Source: an uncultured Chloroflexia bacterium (GTDB lineage: Bacteria > Chloroflexota > Limnocylindria > Limnocylindrales > CSP1-4). From it: a DNA stretch of 64,000 nucleotides. Shown piece by piece: positions 1 through 14,056 of the stretch. Made by a program: the position numbers and the translations under genes. Under the pieces are notes generated by a model. The model was not told the origin of the DNA. It saw nothing but the letters and a program-made list of their open reading frames with translations, and did not search any database. How positions within the stretch are numbered: position 1 is the stretch's first letter; the number at the start of each line of letters is the position of its first letter. The stretch lies in contig CAWHDR010000001.1 in NCBI GenBank assembly GCA_963828165.1, positions 2,432,001-2,496,000 of the forward strand, in the 5' to 3' direction.

Positions 1-540
1 CCAGTACCGGATCGGGTAGCCCTCGAACAGCAACGCCGACACGCCAGCGTCCTTGCGAGCCTTCTGACGCTCACGGTCGGCGTCGAAATCGTCGACGTCG
101 ATATGTAGCGGCGCCAGGAGCAGGATCGTTCCGGAATCGCGAGCGACGGCGACGCCCGCGATGCCACCCGCCGGCGCCAGCAGGAGCCGCGCCTCGCCGC
201 TAGCCGCGGGGAGGTGCCACAGCGCCGTCGGCGGCTTCTCGTCCGGCTTGTCGCCCGGTTTGTCAGCCGCCTTGGCGTCCGGGTCGGGGCGGGCAGACGT
301 GAACAGGAGCGAGCCATCGGGCAGGAACTCGGCGTTGCTCTCACCCACGGCCGACCGGGTCAGCCGGCGCGGAGCCGTCTCGCCGGTCGGATCGACCTGC
401 CACAGCGCGGAGCGGAGGTCCTTGCCGTCGGGGCCAGGGGTCGCCACCGCCACCACCAACCGCGATCCGTCGGGCGACAACCGGAGCCCGGAGAGACGCG
501 GAAGCGCGACGAAATGTTCGAAATCGAAGGGTTCGGTCAT
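1..540 (-). CDS. S9 family (prolyl oligopeptidase/acylaminoacyl) peptidase, N-terminal part; runs off the window start
   Basis: Read by hand on the minus strand from ATG at 540: MTEPFDFEHFVALPRLSGLRLSPDGSRLVVAV...LWQVD...PRRLT...FLPDGSLLFTS, a beta-propeller N-terminus typical of S9 peptidases. The catalytic domain is outside the window. Confidence 0.7.
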   Translation of the reverse strand, partial: MTEPFDFEHFVALPRLSGLRLSPDGSRLVVAVATPGPDGKDLRSALWQVDPTGETAPRRLTRSAVGESNAEFLPDGSLLFTSARPDPDAKAADKPGDKPDEKPPTALWHLPAASGEARLLLAPAGGIAGVAVARDSGTILLLAPLHIDVDDFDADRERQKARKDAGVSALLFEGYPIRYW

Positions 541-644
541 GTGCCCAAGTTTGGCAGACGGCGCTGCCGCACCCGTCCGAGCCTGCACCCGTCATCGGTC
601 ATTCGACCGATGACCTGCGACCGTCACGATCTACACTCGGCCCG

Positions 645-3530
645 ATGCATGCCACCACCGGCACGGTTCGAAGCCCGCTCCTCATCGGGCGCGACGACCT
701 GCTCGAGCTCGCCGAGCGTCGTCTCGACGACGTAGAGGCGGGCCGCGGTCAGTTCCTTCTCGTCGCCGGAGAGGCGGGCGTCGGCAAGTCGCGGTTCATG
801 GACGCGATCAGCCGCAAGGCGACCGAGCGTGGGATGGCCGAGGCCTGGGGGTTGTTGGCTCCGCAGGACATGGAGGTCCCGGCGGCATCCATCCTGGACC
901 TGGCGCGGTCGATGCAACGCATGCCGATCCTCGCCGATCTCGGCAACGACCTCCTGGCCTTGCGCGAGCAGGGGCCTGACTTCGCCCAGACCGGCCGTCG
1001 ACGCCTCGTGATGGACATCGTCGACCGAATCCTGGCCGGGCTACCCGGGAGGATGTCCCTCTATTTCGAGGATCTCCAGTGGGCGGACGACGTGAGCCTG
1101 GAGGTCATCGCGGAGCTCGCGCGCCGGTCGCGCGACCGATCGCTCCTGCTGACGGCCGGCTATCGAACCGATGAAGCCGTGCTCAGCACGAGCCTGCGAG
1201 ACTGGCGATCACGCCTCCTGACCCAGCGGATCGCCGAGGAAGTGCGGCTCGGACCGTTGTCCGCGGTCGAAACGGCGCTGGTGACCACGCTCATCCTCGA
1301 TACCGGGCTTCCGGCGCCACGCGAAGTGGCGTCGGCCGTGTACGAACGGACCGACGGTATCCCGCTCCACATCGAGGAACTCCTGGGCGCCCTCAGTGCG
1401 GAGGGGCGGGCCAGCGGCCTCGCGATCCGAGAGGCGGTCGTTCCAGACTCGATCGAGGATGCGGTGCTGAGCCGAATCGCCCACCGATCGACCGAAGCGC
1501 AGGCTGCGGCCCGCGCGGGCGCGGTCATCGGGCGGTGCTTCACGGCCGATGTCCTGGCAGGGATCATGGACCTGCCGGTCGAGGCGCTCGACGGCCCACT
1601 CCAGGAGCTCGTCGATCATTTCGTGCTTGGTTGGCCGGGGCCGAGCGGGCTGTTCGATTTCCAGCATCAGCTGCTCCGCGATGCCCTGTATCGCAGCGTC
1701 TCGGTCGGCGATCGACGTCGGTTCCATGCCCGCGCCGCGGAATTCGGAGCGCATCTGGAGGGGCAGTCGGAGATCCACGCGTCCGCCCATTTCGAGCGCG
1801 CCGGCCTCCGACAACGGGCGTTCGAGACGGCCCTGGCGGGGGCGCGCGAAGTCGCGCGGATATCCGCGCACCGGGAGGCGTTCGAGCTATACCGGCGGAC
1901 CGTGGACAACCTCCCGGACGACCTCGCACATCAAGAACGCGCCGAGATCCTGGAGGCCTACAGCATCGAGGCCGAAGCCATCGAGGAGAACGCGATCGCG
2001 GAACGCGTGGGGAGAGACGCGGCCGAGGCGTATCGGGCGGCCGGCAAGCCCGCCACGGCGATCCTCGCGATGTCCGCTGTGTACTCCGCGTGGCGGCGCG
2101 AGGGTCGACCGGTCTCCGAACGAGTCGCGCTCATGAGCGAGCTGCTGACGGAGCTTGATGGGCTGTCGCCGGGCACGCCCGACCTGGCCATGGCCCGGGC
2201 AGACCTGTCCATCTACCTGGCGATGACCCTCGTTGACGGGCGCGCGTTGCCGGAAGCCCGCGCACTCCTCCGTTCGTCGGGAGCCTTCGCAGCGGAGGCC
2301 GGTCACGAGGACCTGCGCTTGGTCACGGACTGGAAGACCGCGCTGGCGGACTTCGCCGACGGCGACGTGCATGCGGCCATCGCCCGCGTCGGTGCAGCAG
2401 CCGTGCAGGCGGAGGGCGCCGGATTCGAGGCGACCGGGGTCTCGGCGTTCCGAGATGCGGCCACGCTCGCCGTCGCCGGGATGCAGTACGAGGAGGCCGC
2501 GCGCTGGATCAACGAGGGTCTGCGGTACGCGGACTCGATCGAACAATCGCATTGCGCGCATGTGATGAGCGCGACCTCCGCCATGGTGTCCTGGGCCGCC
2601 TCGGACTGGGTGGCGGCGGAAGTCCGCGCACGACAGGCGATCGCCGACCGGGGATGCCGGCGGGGAGCCGCGATGGCGCGGTGGGCGTTGGGGTACGTCG
2701 CTCTGGGCCGGGGCGATCTCGCTGCCGCGACCAACGAGCTTACGGAGGCGCTCCAGTTCGGAGAGACGAGCCAGGAGATCGACCTGATCCTGCCGCCGCT
2801 GTGGGGATTGGCTGAGGTCGCCGCAGCGGCCGGCGACCCGGAACGGGCCTTCGCCCTGTGCCACGACGCACTCGAGCGAGCGCTTGCGGTCGGCGAGCGG
2901 ACGCTGCTGACACCCTTCGTCGTGACCGGCGTCCGCGCCGCACAGTCGGCGGGTCGTCCGGATGAGGGAGCGTCATGGTTCCGGACCTGTGTCGCTCACC
3001 TCGAAACCATCCCGAACGTGTCAGATGCCGCGCTCGCGCACGGCCGAGGACTCGTGGCGATGGCTGAAGGCGCCACCGGCGTCGCCCGCGTCGCACTCGA
3101 GTCGGCGCTGGCCGGCTGGGATGCGCTTGGGCGCGTGTGGGAGTCGACCTGGGTCCGCCTTGACCTTGCCCAGTGCCTCATCCGTTCGACGCGGTTCGCG
3201 CAGGCCGTGGGCGTCAGCGTGGAGGCGCACGCGATGGCCAGCCAGCTGGACTCGATCATGCTCGTCCATCGAGCCGAGGCGTTGCAGCGGATGGCTCGTG
3301 GGCATGCTCCGGACGACGAGCCATGGCGACCCTTGACCGCTCGTGAGTTCGCCGTGGCCCGGCTGGTGGGTGAGGGCCGGACGAATGCCGAGATCGCCGA
3401 ATCACTCGGGATCGCTCCCAGGACCGCCAGCAGCCACGTGGAGCACATTCTGGCCAAGCTCGGGGCGGCGCGTCGCGCGGAGATCGCGACCTGGGCGAGC
3501 CACGTGCACGAGACGAGTACGCCCCACTGA
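645..3530 (+). CDS. LuxR-family large ATP-binding transcriptional regulator (AAA ATPase + TPR-like + HTH)
   Basis: Walker A GEAGVGKS, FEDLQWAD Walker B region, C-terminal LTAREFAVARLVGEGRTNAEIA...HVEHILAKLG LuxR HTH. Confidence 0.92.
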   Translation: MHATTGTVRSPLLIGRDDLLELAERRLDDVEAGRGQFLLVAGEAGVGKSRFMDAISRKATERGMAEAWGLLAPQDMEVPAASILDLARSMQRMPILADLGNDLLALREQGPDFAQTGRRRLVMDIVDRILAGLPGRMSLYFEDLQWADDVSLEVIAELARRSRDRSLLLTAGYRTDEAVLSTSLRDWRSRLLTQRIAEEVRLGPLSAVETALVTTLILDTGLPAPREVASAVYERTDGIPLHIEELLGALSAEGRASGLAIREAVVPDSIEDAVLSRIAHRSTEAQAAARAGAVIGRCFTADVLAGIMDLPVEALDGPLQELVDHFVLGWPGPSGLFDFQHQLLRDALYRSVSVGDRRRFHARAAEFGAHLEGQSEIHASAHFERAGLRQRAFETALAGAREVARISAHREAFELYRRTVDNLPDDLAHQERAEILEAYSIEAEAIEENAIAERVGRDAAEAYRAAGKPATAILAMSAVYSAWRREGRPVSERVALMSELLTELDGLSPGTPDLAMARADLSIYLAMTLVDGRALPEARALLRSSGAFAAEAGHEDLRLVTDWKTALADFADGDVHAAIARVGAAAVQAEGAGFEATGVSAFRDAATLAVAGMQYEEAARWINEGLRYADSIEQSHCAHVMSATSAMVSWAASDWVAAEVRARQAIADRGCRRGAAMARWALGYVALGRGDLAAATNELTEALQFGETSQEIDLILPPLWGLAEVAAAAGDPERAFALCHDALERALAVGERTLLTPFVVTGVRAAQSAGRPDEGASWFRTCVAHLETIPNVSDAALAHGRGLVAMAEGATGVARVALESALAGWDALGRVWESTWVRLDLAQCLIRSTRFAQAVGVSVEAHAMASQLDSIMLVHRAEALQRMARGHAPDDEPWRPLTAREFAVARLVGEGRTNAEIAESLGIAPRTASSHVEHILAKLGAARRAEIATWASHVHETSTPH

Positions 3531-3710
3531 GCCCAGGCGAGCCAACCAGCGCCGAAGGTGCGATCGGTCGTCGCCAACTCCGCGGTCCGAGATGACGCGA
3601 TCCTGCGCGGCTCGGGCGAGGAGGTGCCCACCAGCTGCCTCCCGTCGAAGGTCATCGCGACGGTTTCCGGCGAGGGCCTCGTAGGCTGTCGGGTGCATGA
3701 CGACCTCCAT
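3402..3710 (-). CDS. small hypothetical protein convergent with the LuxR gene
   Basis: ORF MEVVMHPTAYEALAGNRRDDLRREAA..., with GGAGG upstream of the internal ATG. The 3' end overlaps the LuxR gene, so the true stop is uncertain. Confidence 0.4.
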   Translation of the reverse strand: MEVVMHPTAYEALAGNRRDDLRREAAGGHLLARAAQDRVISDRGVGDDRSHLRRWLARLGSVGRTRLVHVARPGRDLRATRRPELGQNVLHVAAGGPGSDPE

Positions 3711-3946
3711 GTTCGGTTGCGGTGTCGATGCGACCCACGGTGGTCTGCGGCTGGGACCGCGTCATCCGTCGGACGACGGACGAGGGCCCGATACCGCGAC
3801 CGATGGCGGAGCCCGCTGCGATACGGAAGCGTGATGCCGACCCGCAACCCGAGGTGGCCGGGTCGCGACGGTACAATCCCTCCGACACACGACCGATGCC
3901 CACGAGCGGCGCCCGGAGCGGCCGCCGCAGCCCCCGGAGGCCCCCG

Positions 3947-6730
<2,784 letters not shown>

Positions 6731-6766
6731 GTCCGCGCGCCCACGACGATCTCTTGGATGCGCGCT

Positions 6767-8560
6767 CTAGAAGTGGGGCTCGTTCAGCAGCCAGCCGCGC
6801 TCGCTGAGCACGAGCTCCCAGCTGCCGGCGAACTGGCGCGGCGACGGGCCTGACGACCGGTACTCGGTGAGGGCGACCGAAACGAGTGCCGTGCCGGCAC
6901 GCAGGCTCATGCGCTCGATCCGCAAACGGGTGATGTCGATGCGCGTCGTCGGGGCGAACCGCCCGTCGATGTAGCCATCGGGCGGGTATCGCTCGCGCAT
7001 GCTGCGCGTCCAGAGTCGGGCGGCGGCATCGAATTCGTGCTGCTCCACGAGGTCATAGAACAGTCGCACCGTCTCCGCGGGATCACGTGCCGGGGCCGTC
7101 GAGCCGGTATCCGGTCGTGGTGTCGGCCGCGCGGTGGGTCGCGCCGTCGGCGGCGCTGTCGGCGCAACGGTGGGCTGCGGGGTCGGCGCGGCGGTCGGCA
7201 CGGGCGTGGGCGTTGGCGTTGGCGTCGGCGTTGGCGTCGGCCTGACGGTTGGGATCGGAGATGGGGTCGCCGGGGGCGTCGGGACCAGGGTCGCCTCGGG
7301 CGTGGTCACGACGGCGGCGTCCGAGGCTCGCGGTGGCGACGTCTCGCCGAGCACGGACCCACTGAGCCCGCGGCCGACCAGCGTGGCCGTGGCGACGAGG
7401 ACGGCGATCGACAACAGCGCCAGGCTGAGCCCAGCCGCGATCGCGACGGGGGCGATCGTTCGCCGCCGACGCCGCGTGCGAGCCCCGGTCCGCGCGGCCA
7501 CGGCGCCGCGCGCCGGGGAGGTGGACGGAGGGATCGCGTCGTGCGTATCGTCGAGGTGGTCGACGGGCACGACGGGCACGATGGGCACGATGGGAACGAC
7601 GGACGTCGGATCCTGGTCCCAGCCGCCCGCCCCGGATTCCTCACGGGCCCGGGTCAAGGTCGCGGCCCCAGCGGCCGCGCCGGTCGCCCGGGCGGCTCGC
7701 GCGCCGAATCCGCGGCGGCGGATCCCGCCAAGCTCGGCGATGCGGAAGCGTTCGAGCTCACCGGCCAGCTCGGCTGCCGACGGGTGGCGCGCCTCGGGGT
7801 CCACATCGAGCGCGCGCATCACGATGGCCGCGAGGCTCTCGGGCACGTCGGGTCGGATCTCGCGCACGGGGCGGGGAGGCACGCGCAGGCGTTCCAGCGC
7901 GACCGCGGCGGGCGATGGCCCGTCGAACGGACGCATGCCGGTCAGGGCCTCGTACAGCACGATGCCCAGCGAGTAGATGTCCGAGCGCGGGGTCACTGGT
8001 TCGCCCGAGACCTGCTCTGGGCTGGCGTATTGCGCCGACCCGAGGATCGCCCCCGATGTCGTACCCCCGACGTCATTCGCGGCACGGGCGATCCCGAAGT
8101 CAGCGACCCGCGCCTTACCGTCGTCGCCGATCAGGATGTTCGCGGGCTTGATGTCGCGATGGACGATGCCGTGCTCGTGAGCGAACTGGAGAGCATTGGC
8201 GGTCTCGATGCCGACTCGAACGGTGAACCCGATCGACAGCGCCCGGTTGCGGCCGATGACCTCGCGGAGATCCAGGCCGTCGACCAGGCTCATCACGATG
8301 AAATCGCCACTTGCCTCGTCGGCACCGGTGTCGTGGATCGTGACGATGTTCGGATGGAGGAGGGCCGCAGCATTTCGCGCCTCCCGACGGAAGCGCTCCA
8401 CGAAGGCGACGTCCTCCGCGAACGCCGGTCGCAGCACCTTGACGGCGACATCTCGGGCCAACATCTCGTCCCGCGCGCGGTATACGACGGCCATGCCCCC
8501 CTGGCCGATCATCTCGAGCAGGCGATAGCGTCCGGACAGCACGCGTCCCGTCATCGTCAT
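6767..8560 (-). CDS. Hanks-type Ser/Thr protein kinase (PknB-like kinase domain, TM helix, Pro/Thr linker, extracellular domain)
   Basis: IGQGGMAVVY, VAVKVL, HRDIKPAN, DFGIA, YASPEQ, SDIYSLG; hydrophobic segment followed by PTPTPT repeats. Confidence 0.92.
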   Translation of the reverse strand: MTMTGRVLSGRYRLLEMIGQGGMAVVYRARDEMLARDVAVKVLRPAFAEDVAFVERFRREARNAAALLHPNIVTIHDTGADEASGDFIVMSLVDGLDLREVIGRNRALSIGFTVRVGIETANALQFAHEHGIVHRDIKPANILIGDDGKARVADFGIARAANDVGGTTSGAILGSAQYASPEQVSGEPVTPRSDIYSLGIVLYEALTGMRPFDGPSPAAVALERLRVPPRPVREIRPDVPESLAAIVMRALDVDPEARHPSAAELAGELERFRIAELGGIRRRGFGARAARATGAAAGAATLTRAREESGAGGWDQDPTSVVPIVPIVPVVPVDHLDDTHDAIPPSTSPARGAVAARTGARTRRRRRTIAPVAIAAGLSLALLSIAVLVATATLVGRGLSGSVLGETSPPRASDAAVVTTPEATLVPTPPATPSPIPTVRPTPTPTPTPTPTPVPTAAPTPQPTVAPTAPPTARPTARPTPRPDTGSTAPARDPAETVRLFYDLVEQHEFDAAARLWTRSMRERYPPDGYIDGRFAPTTRIDITRLRIERMSLRAGTALVSVALTEYRSSGPSPRQFAGSWELVLSERGWLLNEPHF

Positions 8561-8650
8561 GGGTCGATTCAGCGGCACCGAGGGTCGCAGCGCGGCTTCA
8601 GCCGAGCCCGAGGCCTCACGACGGGGTTGCATCGCGCTAGAATTCGACAC

Positions 8651-10090
8651 ATGACGACTCAGGCGCCCGCCAGGCCGGCCCGCCATCGCGTCGCGATCGT
8701 GGGCGGCGGGTTCGGCGGGCTGTACGCGGCGCGTAGCCTCGGCCACGACCCGGAGGTGGCGGTCACGCTCGTCGACCGGCGCAACTTCCACCTGTTCCAG
8801 CCGATGCTCTACCAGGTGGCTACCGGGGCGCTGTCGCCCGGGGAGATCGCCCAGCCGCTGCGCTCGGTGCTGCGCCGGCAGCGCAACACGACGGTCATCC
8901 TGGGCGAGGCGGTCGATCTGGACGTCGAGGGTCGGCGGGTGATCCTGTCTGACGGCGGACCCATCGAGTACGACTCCCTCATCGTCGCCACGGGCGCCGG
9001 GCACACCTATTTCGGGCACGACGAGTGGAAAGCCGTGGCTCCGGGCCTCAAGACCCTCGAGGACGCGCTGGAGATCCGCAAGCGCATCCTCATCGCGTTC
9101 GAGGCCGCGGAACGGGAAGCCGATCCGGACCGGCGGCGCGAGTGGATGACGTTCGTGATCGTCGGCGGCGGGCCGACCGGCGTCGAGCTCGCAGGCTCCA
9201 TCGGCGAGATCGCCCGCGACACGCTGCGTCGCGACTTCCGGGCGATCAACCCGGCCGACGCCACGATCCTCCTGGTCGAGGCGATGGATCGGGTCCTGCC
9301 GCCCTATCCGCCCGATCGCTCCGCGTCGGCACGGCGCCAGCTCGAGCGTCTGGGCGTGACGGTCCGCACGGGCACCCGGGTCACGGACATCGACGAGCGG
9401 TCGGTGCACGTCGTGGACACCCAGGCGGGCGAGGGCGCGCCCGAGGAGGTCATCCCGGCCCACACGGTGCTGTGGGCCGCCGGCGTGCTCGCCTCATCGT
9501 TCGCCCGACGGGTGGCCGCGGTCACCGGCGCCGAAACGGACCGCAACGGCCGGGTCCTCGTCGGGCCCGACCTCACCGTGCCGGGCCACCCAGAGATCTT
9601 CGTGGTCGGGGATGCGGCTGTGCAGCCCTGGAAGGAGGGGAAACCCACGCCCGGCGTCGCCCAGGGCGGCATCCAGGGCGGCTCGTACGCCGCCGGGGTC
9701 ATCCGGCGCCGGGTGCTCGATCGGCCGCACGAGCCGTTCCGATACCGCAACAAGGGCGATGTCGCGGTCATCGGCCGGCTCGCCGGCGTGACGAACATCC
9801 CGTGGCTGGGCCCGTTCGGCCGGCAGGGCGGGTTCACCGCCTGGCTGCTCTGGCTCGGGATCCACATCGCGTACCTGATCGGGTTCGCCAATCGGATCGT
9901 GGTGATCGTCCGCTGGGCGGGCAGCTTCCTGACCCATGGCCGCGGGACGCGCCTGATCACGGGCGGACCGCTGCTCCCCGAGATCGAGGAGCCCGAACCG
10001 CCGGTCATCGCCGACGCGGAGGACGAGGTCGCGATCGAGACGGCCACCGAGCCGAAGCCGCCCGCGGCGTCCGTTGTCTCCGGGGGTTAG
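8651..10090 (+). CDS. ndh: type II NADH dehydrogenase (NAD(P)/FAD oxidoreductase)
   Basis: VAIVGGGFGG, FQPMLYQVATG, VGGGPTGVELAG, WAAGV, FVVGD motifs. Confidence 0.9.
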   Translation: MTTQAPARPARHRVAIVGGGFGGLYAARSLGHDPEVAVTLVDRRNFHLFQPMLYQVATGALSPGEIAQPLRSVLRRQRNTTVILGEAVDLDVEGRRVILSDGGPIEYDSLIVATGAGHTYFGHDEWKAVAPGLKTLEDALEIRKRILIAFEAAEREADPDRRREWMTFVIVGGGPTGVELAGSIGEIARDTLRRDFRAINPADATILLVEAMDRVLPPYPPDRSASARRQLERLGVTVRTGTRVTDIDERSVHVVDTQAGEGAPEEVIPAHTVLWAAGVLASSFARRVAAVTGAETDRNGRVLVGPDLTVPGHPEIFVVGDAAVQPWKEGKPTPGVAQGGIQGGSYAAGVIRRRVLDRPHEPFRYRNKGDVAVIGRLAGVTNIPWLGPFGRQGGFTAWLLWLGIHIAYLIGFANRIVVIVRWAGSFLTHGRGTRLITGGPLLPEIEEPEPPVIADAEDEVAIETATEPKPPAASVVSGG

Positions 10091-11191
10091 CCGAACTCGA
10101 TGATCTGGCGGGTGTACTCGCCGCGGCGCATCGCGGCGAAGGCGTCCTCGACGTCGTCGAGCCGGATCCGGCGATCGATGAGGCGCTCGACCGGCAGGCG
10201 GCCGTCCAGGGTCCACGCGGCGTATCGCGGGAAATCGATGACCGGCTCCGCGAAGCCGTAGTTGGAGCCAAGGATGCGGCGCGAGCCGTCGACGAATGGA
10301 TAGACCTCGAACGCGGCGCGCGCACCGAGCGGGGTCATGCCGACCAGCACCGCGGTCCCCCCGAGCGGCAGCGCCGCGATCGCGAGCTCCGCGGTGTCGG
10401 TCCGGCCGATCGCCTCGAACACGAAGTCGGGGCCGCCGTCGGTCAGGTCGCGCAGCGCTTCGATCGTGGCCGCCGGGTCGTCGCCGGCCAGGATCGTGTC
10501 GGTCGCCCCGACGGTCCGTGCGGCGTCCAGCTTGGCCGCGACCCGATCGATCGCCACGATCCGCGACGCACCCGCGACGACCGCGCCCATCACGCACGAG
10601 AGACCGACACCACCGAGCCCGATCACGGCAACCGACGCGCCCGCCGGGACGGCGGCGGTCTTGAGCACGGCACCCGACGCCGGTCGTGACGCAGCAGCCG
10701 ATGAGGGCCGCGACGCCGGCATCCGTGCCCTCGGGCAGTGGGATCGCGGCCGCGGCCGGAACGACGACGGCCTCGGCCATGGTCGCGATGGCGCAATAGG
10801 CCCGGACCGGGGTACCGGCACGGCTGAACGGCGCCGTGCCGTCCAGGAGCGCGTGCCGGTACGACGGGGAGTCCGGGCAGGCCCAGACGTGGCCCCGCCG
10901 GCACGATCGGCATACCCCGCACGGGATGAGCCACGACAGCGCCACGAGTTCGCCGACCCGCGGCGTCGTGACGCCCGGCCCGACCGCCTCGACGACGCCC
11001 GCGCCCTCATGACCCATCACGATCGGGGTCGGGCGATCCCACTCGCCGTCGCGGACATGCAGGTCGGAGTGACAGACGCCGGACGCCAGCATCCGGACGC
11101 GGACCTCGCCGGCGCGCGGCTCGACCAGATCGAGGTCGGCGATCACGACCGGCGCGCCGACGGTCTCCAGGACGGCGCCGCGGACCGGCAT
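10087..11191 (-). CDS. Zn-dependent alcohol dehydrogenase (frameshift near 10670)
   Basis: GVCHSD, GHEGAG, CGVCRSC...C and IGCCVTTG in one frame; VIGLGGVG and GSNYG in the next. Confidence 0.88.
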
Positions 11192-11196
11192 GGGGC

Positions 11197-12934
11197 TCAG
11201 ACCTCCGCTCGCTGGCGCCGCTCGACGGCGCGGGCCCGCGTGTAGGGAACGTACTCGGGCCGCCACATGGCGGCCTCGACCTCGGTCTCGGGATCGAACG
11301 GCCCGCGCTCAGCCGCCGCGGACAACCCGGCGGCCACGGCCTCGCGGGCCACGACGACGGCGATGCGCCGGGCCGTGGTGCGGAGCGAGGCGACCGCCGG
11401 GTAGAGCGCCCCGGTCGCCAGGCGCTCGTCGGTCACCTCGGCCGCCAGCTCGTGGGCCGCGAGCAGGAACATCCGGTCCGTCACGGCCCGCGACTCGGCC
11501 ACGATGGCGCCCAGGCCCACGCCCGGGAAGACGAACACGTTGTTCGCCTGGCCGATGTGGCGGAGCGCGCCATCGACCTCGACGGCCTCGAACGGGGAGC
11601 CGGTGGCCACGAGCGCCCGACCGTCGGTCCAGGCAAGGACTTCGGCCGGGGTGGCCTCCGCGACCGAGGTCGGGTTGCTCAACGGCAACACGATCGGTCG
11701 CTCGGCCGGCCCGAGCGCATCGGCCATCGCCCGCACCACGGTCTCGCTGAACGTGCCGGCCACCCCGGTCGTGCCCACGAGGATCGTGGGCCGGCGGGCT
11801 CGGATGGTCTCGACGAGGTCCGGCGTCGCACCGGCGGCGGCCGCCACCGAAAGCTTCGATTTCGAAGCATCCAGATCGGAGCGGCCGGCATGGACGAGGC
11901 CCTTCGTGTCGACCAGCGCGATCGCGTCGAGCACGATGTCCTCCGCCACGCCCGCTTCGCGCATCGCCAGGCGCAGCAACCGCCCGATGCCGATCCCGGC
12001 CGCGCCCGCCCCGACGAGCACGATCCGCGCGTCGGCCAGGGACCGACCCGTCGCCCGAAGCCCCGCCAGCACGCCGGCCAGCACGACCGCGGCCGTCCCG
12101 GAGATGTCGTCGTTGAAGGAGGGCACCCGGTCCTGGTAGCGGTCGAGGAGGCGGAGCGCGTTGTGCTGCTTGAAGTCCTCGAACTGGATCAGGCAGCCTG
12201 GCCAGACCTCCTCGACGCCGGTGACGAATGCCTCGACGAGCGCGTCGTACTCCGCGCCGCGCAGCCGAGGCGCTCGATAGCCCAGGTACAGCGGATCATC
12301 CAGCAACCACGGGTTGTCGGTCCCGACGTCGAGCGAGACCGGCAGCGTCAGCGCTCGGATGGATGCCGCAGGCCGCCGTGTACAGCGCGAGCTTGCCGAT
12401 CGGGATGGCCATGCCGCCCGCGCCCTGGTCGCCCAGGCCCAGGATCCGCTCGTTGTCGGTCACCACGATCAGGCGGACGTCCTCGAACGGGCCCTGGCGC
12501 AGGAGGTCCGGGATGCGGTCCACGTCGGCCGGGGTGATCCACGTGCCGCGGGTCCGCCGGATGATGTGGCTGAACTCCTGGGTCGCCCGCCCGACCGTCG
12601 GCGTGTAGACGATCGGCAGGAACTCCTCCAGGTGGTCGGCCAGCAGCCGGTAGAACAGCGTCGCGTTGCGGTCCTGGAGCGCGGCAAGGCCGATGTACTG
12701 CTCGAGCGGGTCGGTCTTGACCCGGAGGTGCTCGAGCTCGAGCTCGACCTGTTCCTCGATCGTCAGGACCCGGGCCGGGAGGAGGCCGCGCAGCCGGAAC
12801 GCCTCGCGCTCCTCGAGCGGGAACGCGAGATCCTTGGTGAGCAGGCGGCTTCCGAGGAGGGCCGGGCCGGCGACCGCGATGCTGGCCGGACGCCCGGCCA
12901 CCATGTCGTCGAACGGGGACGGCAGCGGCTTCAC
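11197..12934 (-). CDS. maeA: NAD-dependent malic enzyme (frameshift(s) near 12310-12355)
   Basis: [65 protein letters not shown]. Confidence 0.9.
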
Positions 12935-12956
12935 GGCGCCAAGTATGGTTCGCGTC

Positions 12957-13850
12957 ATGGAGCCCTTGCCGCCCGGTTTTCGCTGGCCCGACGGCATCCG
13001 GGCCGCGGCGCTGTTCGGCTTCGACCTCGATGCCGAGGCCGTGATGCTGGTCGACCACCCCGAGACCGCCGAGTACCTCGACGTCATGGCCCACCAGCGC
13101 TACGGCCCGCGCGTCGCGGTGCCGCGGCTGCTGCGGATGCTCGACCGGGTCAAGCTGCGGACGACGTTCTTCATCCCGGGCTGGGTCGCCGAGACGTGGC
13201 CGGACGTCGCCCGTTCCGTGCGCGACGCGGGCCACGAGATCGGCCATCACGGGTATCTGCACGAGAGCGTGCGCGGCGTGGACGCGGCCACGGAGGAGGG
13301 CTACCTGCTGCGCGGCCTCGAGGCGCTCGACACCGTGCTCGGGGTTCGGCCGATCGGCTACCGGCCCCCGTCCTGGGACATGAACTTCGAGACGCCGGCC
13401 CTGCTGGCGAAGCACGGGTTCCGCTACGACTCGGCGCTCATGGATTCGGACCATCCGTATCGCCTCGCGGCGGGCGGGGCGGGACCCGCTGGCGGGGGCG
13501 TCGCGACGGCCGCGACCCTCATCGAGCTTCCCGTCCACTGGAGCCTCGACGACTGGAACCGCTGGAACTACGTCCCGGGCTACGCGTCCTCGCCCATCCT
13601 GCGCCCGAGCGCCGTCGAGGCCGACTGGGCCGAGGAGCTCGAGGCGATCGTCGAGGTCGGCGGCCTCTTCAACGTCACGATGCACCCGTTCATCTCGGGC
13701 CGGCCGTCACGCGCCGCCGCCATCGAGCGCCTGATCGAGCGCGCCCGCTCGATCGACGGCCTGTGGGTCGCGGCCGCTGACGAGATCGCGGCCTGGGTGG
13801 AGACCCTGGACCTGCCGCCGGTCGCGCACGAGCGTCCGAAGGGGACCTGA
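12957..13850 (+). CDS. polysaccharide deacetylase family protein (CE4, PuuE/PgdA-like)
   Basis: [45 protein letters not shown]. Confidence 0.88.
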   Translation: MEPLPPGFRWPDGIRAAALFGFDLDAEAVMLVDHPETAEYLDVMAHQRYGPRVAVPRLLRMLDRVKLRTTFFIPGWVAETWPDVARSVRDAGHEIGHHGYLHESVRGVDAATEEGYLLRGLEALDTVLGVRPIGYRPPSWDMNFETPALLAKHGFRYDSALMDSDHPYRLAAGGAGPAGGGVATAATLIELPVHWSLDDWNRWNYVPGYASSPILRPSAVEADWAEELEAIVEVGGLFNVTMHPFISGRPSRAAAIERLIERARSIDGLWVAAADEIAAWVETLDLPPVAHERPKGT

Positions 13851-13858
13851 CCGGAAGG

Positions 13859-13880
13859 GGTGGTGCGTCCACGCACCACC
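13859..13880. repeat. perfect inverted repeat GGTGGTGCGT-CC-ACGCACCACC (terminator or operator)
   Basis: 10-2-10 palindrome just after the deacetylase stop and upstream of the S8 gene. Confidence 0.55.
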
Positions 13881-14056
13881 ATGCGATTCCGTGACGTTGC
13901 GCGCGTACCCGAGGTGTAGTCTGCCGCTGCCTGTCACGCGCGCCTCGGTTGCGCGTCCTCGCGACGGGAACCGAAGCGAACGGGATGCGACCACTGCGAT
14001 GGCCGCGACTGTGGGAGTGACCGTCGGTGAGGGCCGGCGGGATGGAGGGGTTCGGG

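Noticed and set aside
7190-7600. GGCGTT/GGCGTC hexamer run and 9-bp ACGGGCACG-like repeats
   Set aside because: They encode the Pro-Thr linker and PIV/PVV repeats of the kinase; not CRISPR or an independent repeat.
13940-14056. Possible c-di-AMP riboswitch before the S8 gene (GGGAACC)
   Set aside because: Other conserved elements of that family were not found.
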